Source: Chlamydiota bacterium
GTDB lineage: Bacteria; Chlamydiota; Chlamydiia; Chlamydiales; Parachlamydiaceae
Direction of reading: 5' to 3'
Length of the DNA stretch: 64,000 nucleotides
Assembly: GCA_041691035.1 (NCBI GenBank)
Contig: JBEPVL010000004.1
Span: forward strand, 10,186 to 74,185
Each line of letters opens with the position of its first letter. Within the stretch, counting starts at the first letter, position 1. Made by a program: the position numbers and the translations under genes. Below, piece by piece: positions 61,587 to 64,000 of this stretch. Under the pieces are notes generated by a model. That model was not told the DNA's origin and did not search any database. It worked only from the letters and a program-made list of their open reading frames with translations.

Positions 61587-62116
61587 TTCTAAAAAAAGAA
61601 TTTTATTTTATTCGGCATGGTCAGACCGATTATAATATTTCCAATTGCAAACTGGACCATGAAGATGTTTCATTGAATGCTGTAGGATTTCAACAAGCCG
61701 AAGTCATAGCATCAGTTTTCAGAAACCTTCCTGTACGTTCCATATGCTTTAGTCCTCTAAAAAGGGCAAAAGAGACTAAAGAAATCATTTCTAAAAATGT
61801 ACAAGCAAATCATTATGAGATTCCAGAACTTGGAGAATGTTCTTTGCAAGTGTGGAATGACATGACAGCTTGCGGTATAAATGCCTATCATAGTTCGCAT
61901 GAGCATGTAAAAACTTTTATGCAAAAAGTTCTTAGTGGAATCAATCAAGCCCTTTCTTACGAAGGACCCGTCTTAATTGTAGCTCATGGCGGTATTCATT
62001 GGGCCACATGCTGTTTTATGGGGATAAATAATTACGACTGGACAATTGCTAACTGCATTCCTATGCATTTTTCTCTTACGGCGGAGGGTTCTTGGATTGT
62101 ACGAAGGCTCTCATGA
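61574..62116 (+). CDS. histidine phosphatase family protein (phosphoglycerate mutase-like)
   Basis: 180 aa. N-terminal RHGQTDYN catalytic His motif. Overlaps the upstream stop. Confidence 0.7.
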   Translation: MASMILKKEFYFIRHGQTDYNISNCKLDHEDVSLNAVGFQQAEVIASVFRNLPVRSICFSPLKRAKETKEIISKNVQANHYEIPELGECSLQVWNDMTACGINAYHSSHEHVKTFMQKVLSGINQALSYEGPVLIVAHGGIHWATCCFMGINNYDWTIANCIPMHFSLTAEGSWIVRRLS

Positions 62117-62827
62117 TGAATTCAGCAAAGCATGTTTAGTAAAGGTAGAAAGCTTTTCTATTTCTTTGCCTAAGCCATCAAAATTATCTGGGGTGCGCCA
62201 CGCATGATATGCCTCCTTTAAAGAAGGCCATTCAAGGCTTGTGGCTGCATACCAAGACGTATCTCGATTGCGAGATTTATAGATGGTGGCTTGTTTAAAC
62301 GTCCCCTCGTATGATAATCCCAATCGTTCAGCAGCTTTTCTAGAAGGATTATTTAATGCATCGCATTTCCATTCTACTCTTCGATAACCTGATTCAAACG
62401 CCCATTCAATCATAAGCAATAATGCTTCTGTTCCGGCTCGCGTACGCTGAAGTATAGATGATAAATGTATATGACCTATCTCAATACAACCGACTTTAGG
62501 CTCGATTCTCAAATAACTTGCAACGCCTGCGGGCCCCTTTTCATTTATGATACTATAAAATTTAGGGTCATCACTAAAGCATGTTGTTATGGCCCATTGG
62601 CGGAATTCTTTTTCATTTAAAAATGGTCCATAAGGAAGATAAGTCCAATTGGCACCTGTTGAATCTAAAGAAAAAGCCTTATAAAGTGCAGCTAGATGAG
62701 ATTCTTCAATAGGTTCAACAGCAACAGCATCTCCTTCAAGCTTAGGAAAATTTGGAAAGGAAGGAGAAATGTAGTCTTTAACAGAATACCCTATTTGCTG
62801 TCCTAACTTATTTGTGGTCCTTTCCAC
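62111..62827 (-). CDS. GNAT family N-acetyltransferase
   Basis: 238 aa. The pattern fits RimL-like GNATs. Confidence 0.6.
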   Translation of the reverse strand: MERTTNKLGQQIGYSVKDYISPSFPNFPKLEGDAVAVEPIEESHLAALYKAFSLDSTGANWTYLPYGPFLNEKEFRQWAITTCFSDDPKFYSIINEKGPAGVASYLRIEPKVGCIEIGHIHLSSILQRTRAGTEALLLMIEWAFESGYRRVEWKCDALNNPSRKAAERLGLSYEGTFKQATIYKSRNRDTSWYAATSLEWPSLKEAYHAWRTPDNFDGLGKEIEKLSTFTKHALLNSS

Positions 62828-62898
62828 GTATCCTCCGATTCAAATCCAGCTTGCATGCGTCCAGGAATAGTAGGTCATAAGGGCGGTCAACCGCCATT

Positions 62899-63513
62899 TT
62901 ATTTATCTTTCTTGCGCTGTTCTCTATCATAAGAATCATATCGAGCTAAGGCATCACTTCCAAGAATTCCTATACCAGTGTTCAGCAGGTAAGTGCCAGC
63001 AACTTGACATCCAGGAAGGGGAACGAACCAAAGAAACAATCCACAAAGAGTTATAGTCACTCCCACTGTGATTGTTACGGGAACCTCTTCAATTTTGACA
63101 TCATTGCTATGACCTTTTGCAGACTTTGCCATCATGTAATTCATTTCAAAGTTGGCATCAGCTTCGTAAGCAGTATAGGGAATATCCAGTTCAGCACATT
63201 TAGCAAACCAAACCGCTCTATGCTTATGTTTGTTATCATTCTTATGGAATTCGTTTTTGATTGCCTTAAGATATTTGCTATCTATCTTTTGACCTTTAGC
63301 TTTAGCTTCTCTTTCAACTTGGTCAATAGACTTATTGATATCGATTTTCTGGCCACTGTACTGCTCAACCTCTTGCTTGAAATCAAACATGTAATTGACA
63401 ATCTTATTGGTCTCTCCCTTATCAATCGCACGTTTAACTTTCTCATAAATCTTCTCGATTTTGATACCAAAATTGATATCATTGAGATTAAGACCACCAC
63501 CTGGAGCAGCCAT
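62899..63513 (-). CDS. hypothetical protein with C-terminal TM helices
   Basis: 204 aa. Charged N-terminal region and two C-terminal hydrophobic helices. The overlapping plus-strand ORF is judged a shadow. Confidence 0.45.
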   Translation of the reverse strand: MAAPGGGLNLNDINFGIKIEKIYEKVKRAIDKGETNKIVNYMFDFKQEVEQYSGQKIDINKSIDQVEREAKAKGQKIDSKYLKAIKNEFHKNDNKHKHRAVWFAKCAELDIPYTAYEADANFEMNYMMAKSAKGHSNDVKIEEVPVTITVGVTITLCGLFLWFVPLPGCQVAGTYLLNTGIGILGSDALARYDSYDREQRKKDK

Positions 63514-63527
63514 TAGTTAAGGGGGAG

Positions 63528-63764
63528 TTAATAGTGCAGTCGAGAAAGAAGCAATTGTAAGATACGCAACCATAGAGTTGCAGATACGAGACTTGAGAAA
63601 ATTAGCCATAATGTCCTTCGTTTTGTTTTTGATGTGTATTTTATTTCGTAGTAATCAAGTTCTCTAAAGATTGTAATCCAGCTGAAGAATGCAAAAACAA
63701 AACATGCGACAAATATTAAAAGATAAACTAAAGCATTATCCCACTCAGTAAATACTATATTCAT
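63528..63764 (-). CDS. small membrane protein (2 TM)
   Basis: 78 aa. Adjacent to and co-directional with 62899-63513. Confidence 0.35.
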   Translation of the reverse strand: MNIVFTEWDNALVYLLIFVACFVFAFFSWITIFRELDYYEIKYTSKTKRRTLWLIFSSLVSATLWLRILQLLLSRLHY

Positions 63765-64000
63765 TACCTCTCACTTTCTTTTTGCTTCCTTTTTCTAATC
63801 AAATAGGTAAGCGTGATTTCAATGGTGTTTTTGCACAAATTAAATTTTGGCTCATCAAGATTTTCATTGATAATGAGCTGCTACACATTTGATATTTCCT
63901 ATTATTAACTGAACCGGCTATATACCATCAGAATTTGACTTTCAAATATACTGCTCCAAGCTGAATCTGAGAATTTAAGTGATAGCAAGTCTGATCGTAT

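Noticed and set aside
63004-63516. 170-aa plus-strand ORF overlapping 62899-63513
   Set aside because: The minus-strand product has a varied, protein-like composition and a downstream co-directional membrane partner. The plus-strand translation is low-complexity (I/L/F/N-rich), so it is judged the shadow.

Overview
AT-rich (about 40% GC) bacterial chromosomal segment. Carbohydrate and energy-metabolism genes (glgC, cyoABCDE, qNOR, gnd, zwf, pgi, tpiA, class I fba, xfp, glgP, pgm, ackA, a P-type ATPase, a copper-resistance module) sit inside or next to a tandem array of tyrosine-integrase genomic islands that target a tRNA-Met(CAT) gene. Two partial copies of the tRNA 3' half, running from the anticodon loop to the discriminator, lie at about 9986-10027 and 57284-57325. 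These are att-type direct repeats. No intact tRNA is in the window.

Island 1 spans the window start to about 10.0 kb. Its integrase is cut by the window edge. Its cargo is a detox or modification set (GyrI-like, GNAT, GrpB-GNAT fusion, RibD-C reductase, nitrilase-family hydrolase), an SRPBCC-MarR-EVE-ATPase operon, an AbiEi/AbiEii pair tightly followed by a DUF3800 gene, and a terminator.

Island 2 starts at the 9986 att copy. It has a satellite/PICI- or CP4-57-like module: integrase, 418-aa unknown, AlpA/Xis-type HTH, DUF927/SF3-helicase-like ATPase, GGGAAC/GTTCCC iteron array, zf-CHC2/Toprim primase, small unknowns, and an orphan AbiEi with a decayed AbiEii remnant. TTACGC(A/T)AAT boxes resembling arm-type sites sit just inside both att copies. 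That suggests island 2 may extend about 47 kb to the second att and carry the metabolic genes as cargo.

After the second att lies an integrase-less remnant: AlpA-like, a 121-aa protein, DUF3987/YfjI-like, a 26-bp-stem hairpin built from GGACAAA repeats, two NUDIX hydrolases, a histidine phosphatase and a GNAT.

The main candidates for undescribed systems are the AbiEi-AbiEii-DUF3800 tricistron and the 418-aa protein in the int-alpA hotspot. No CRISPR array and no rRNA or intact tRNA were found.
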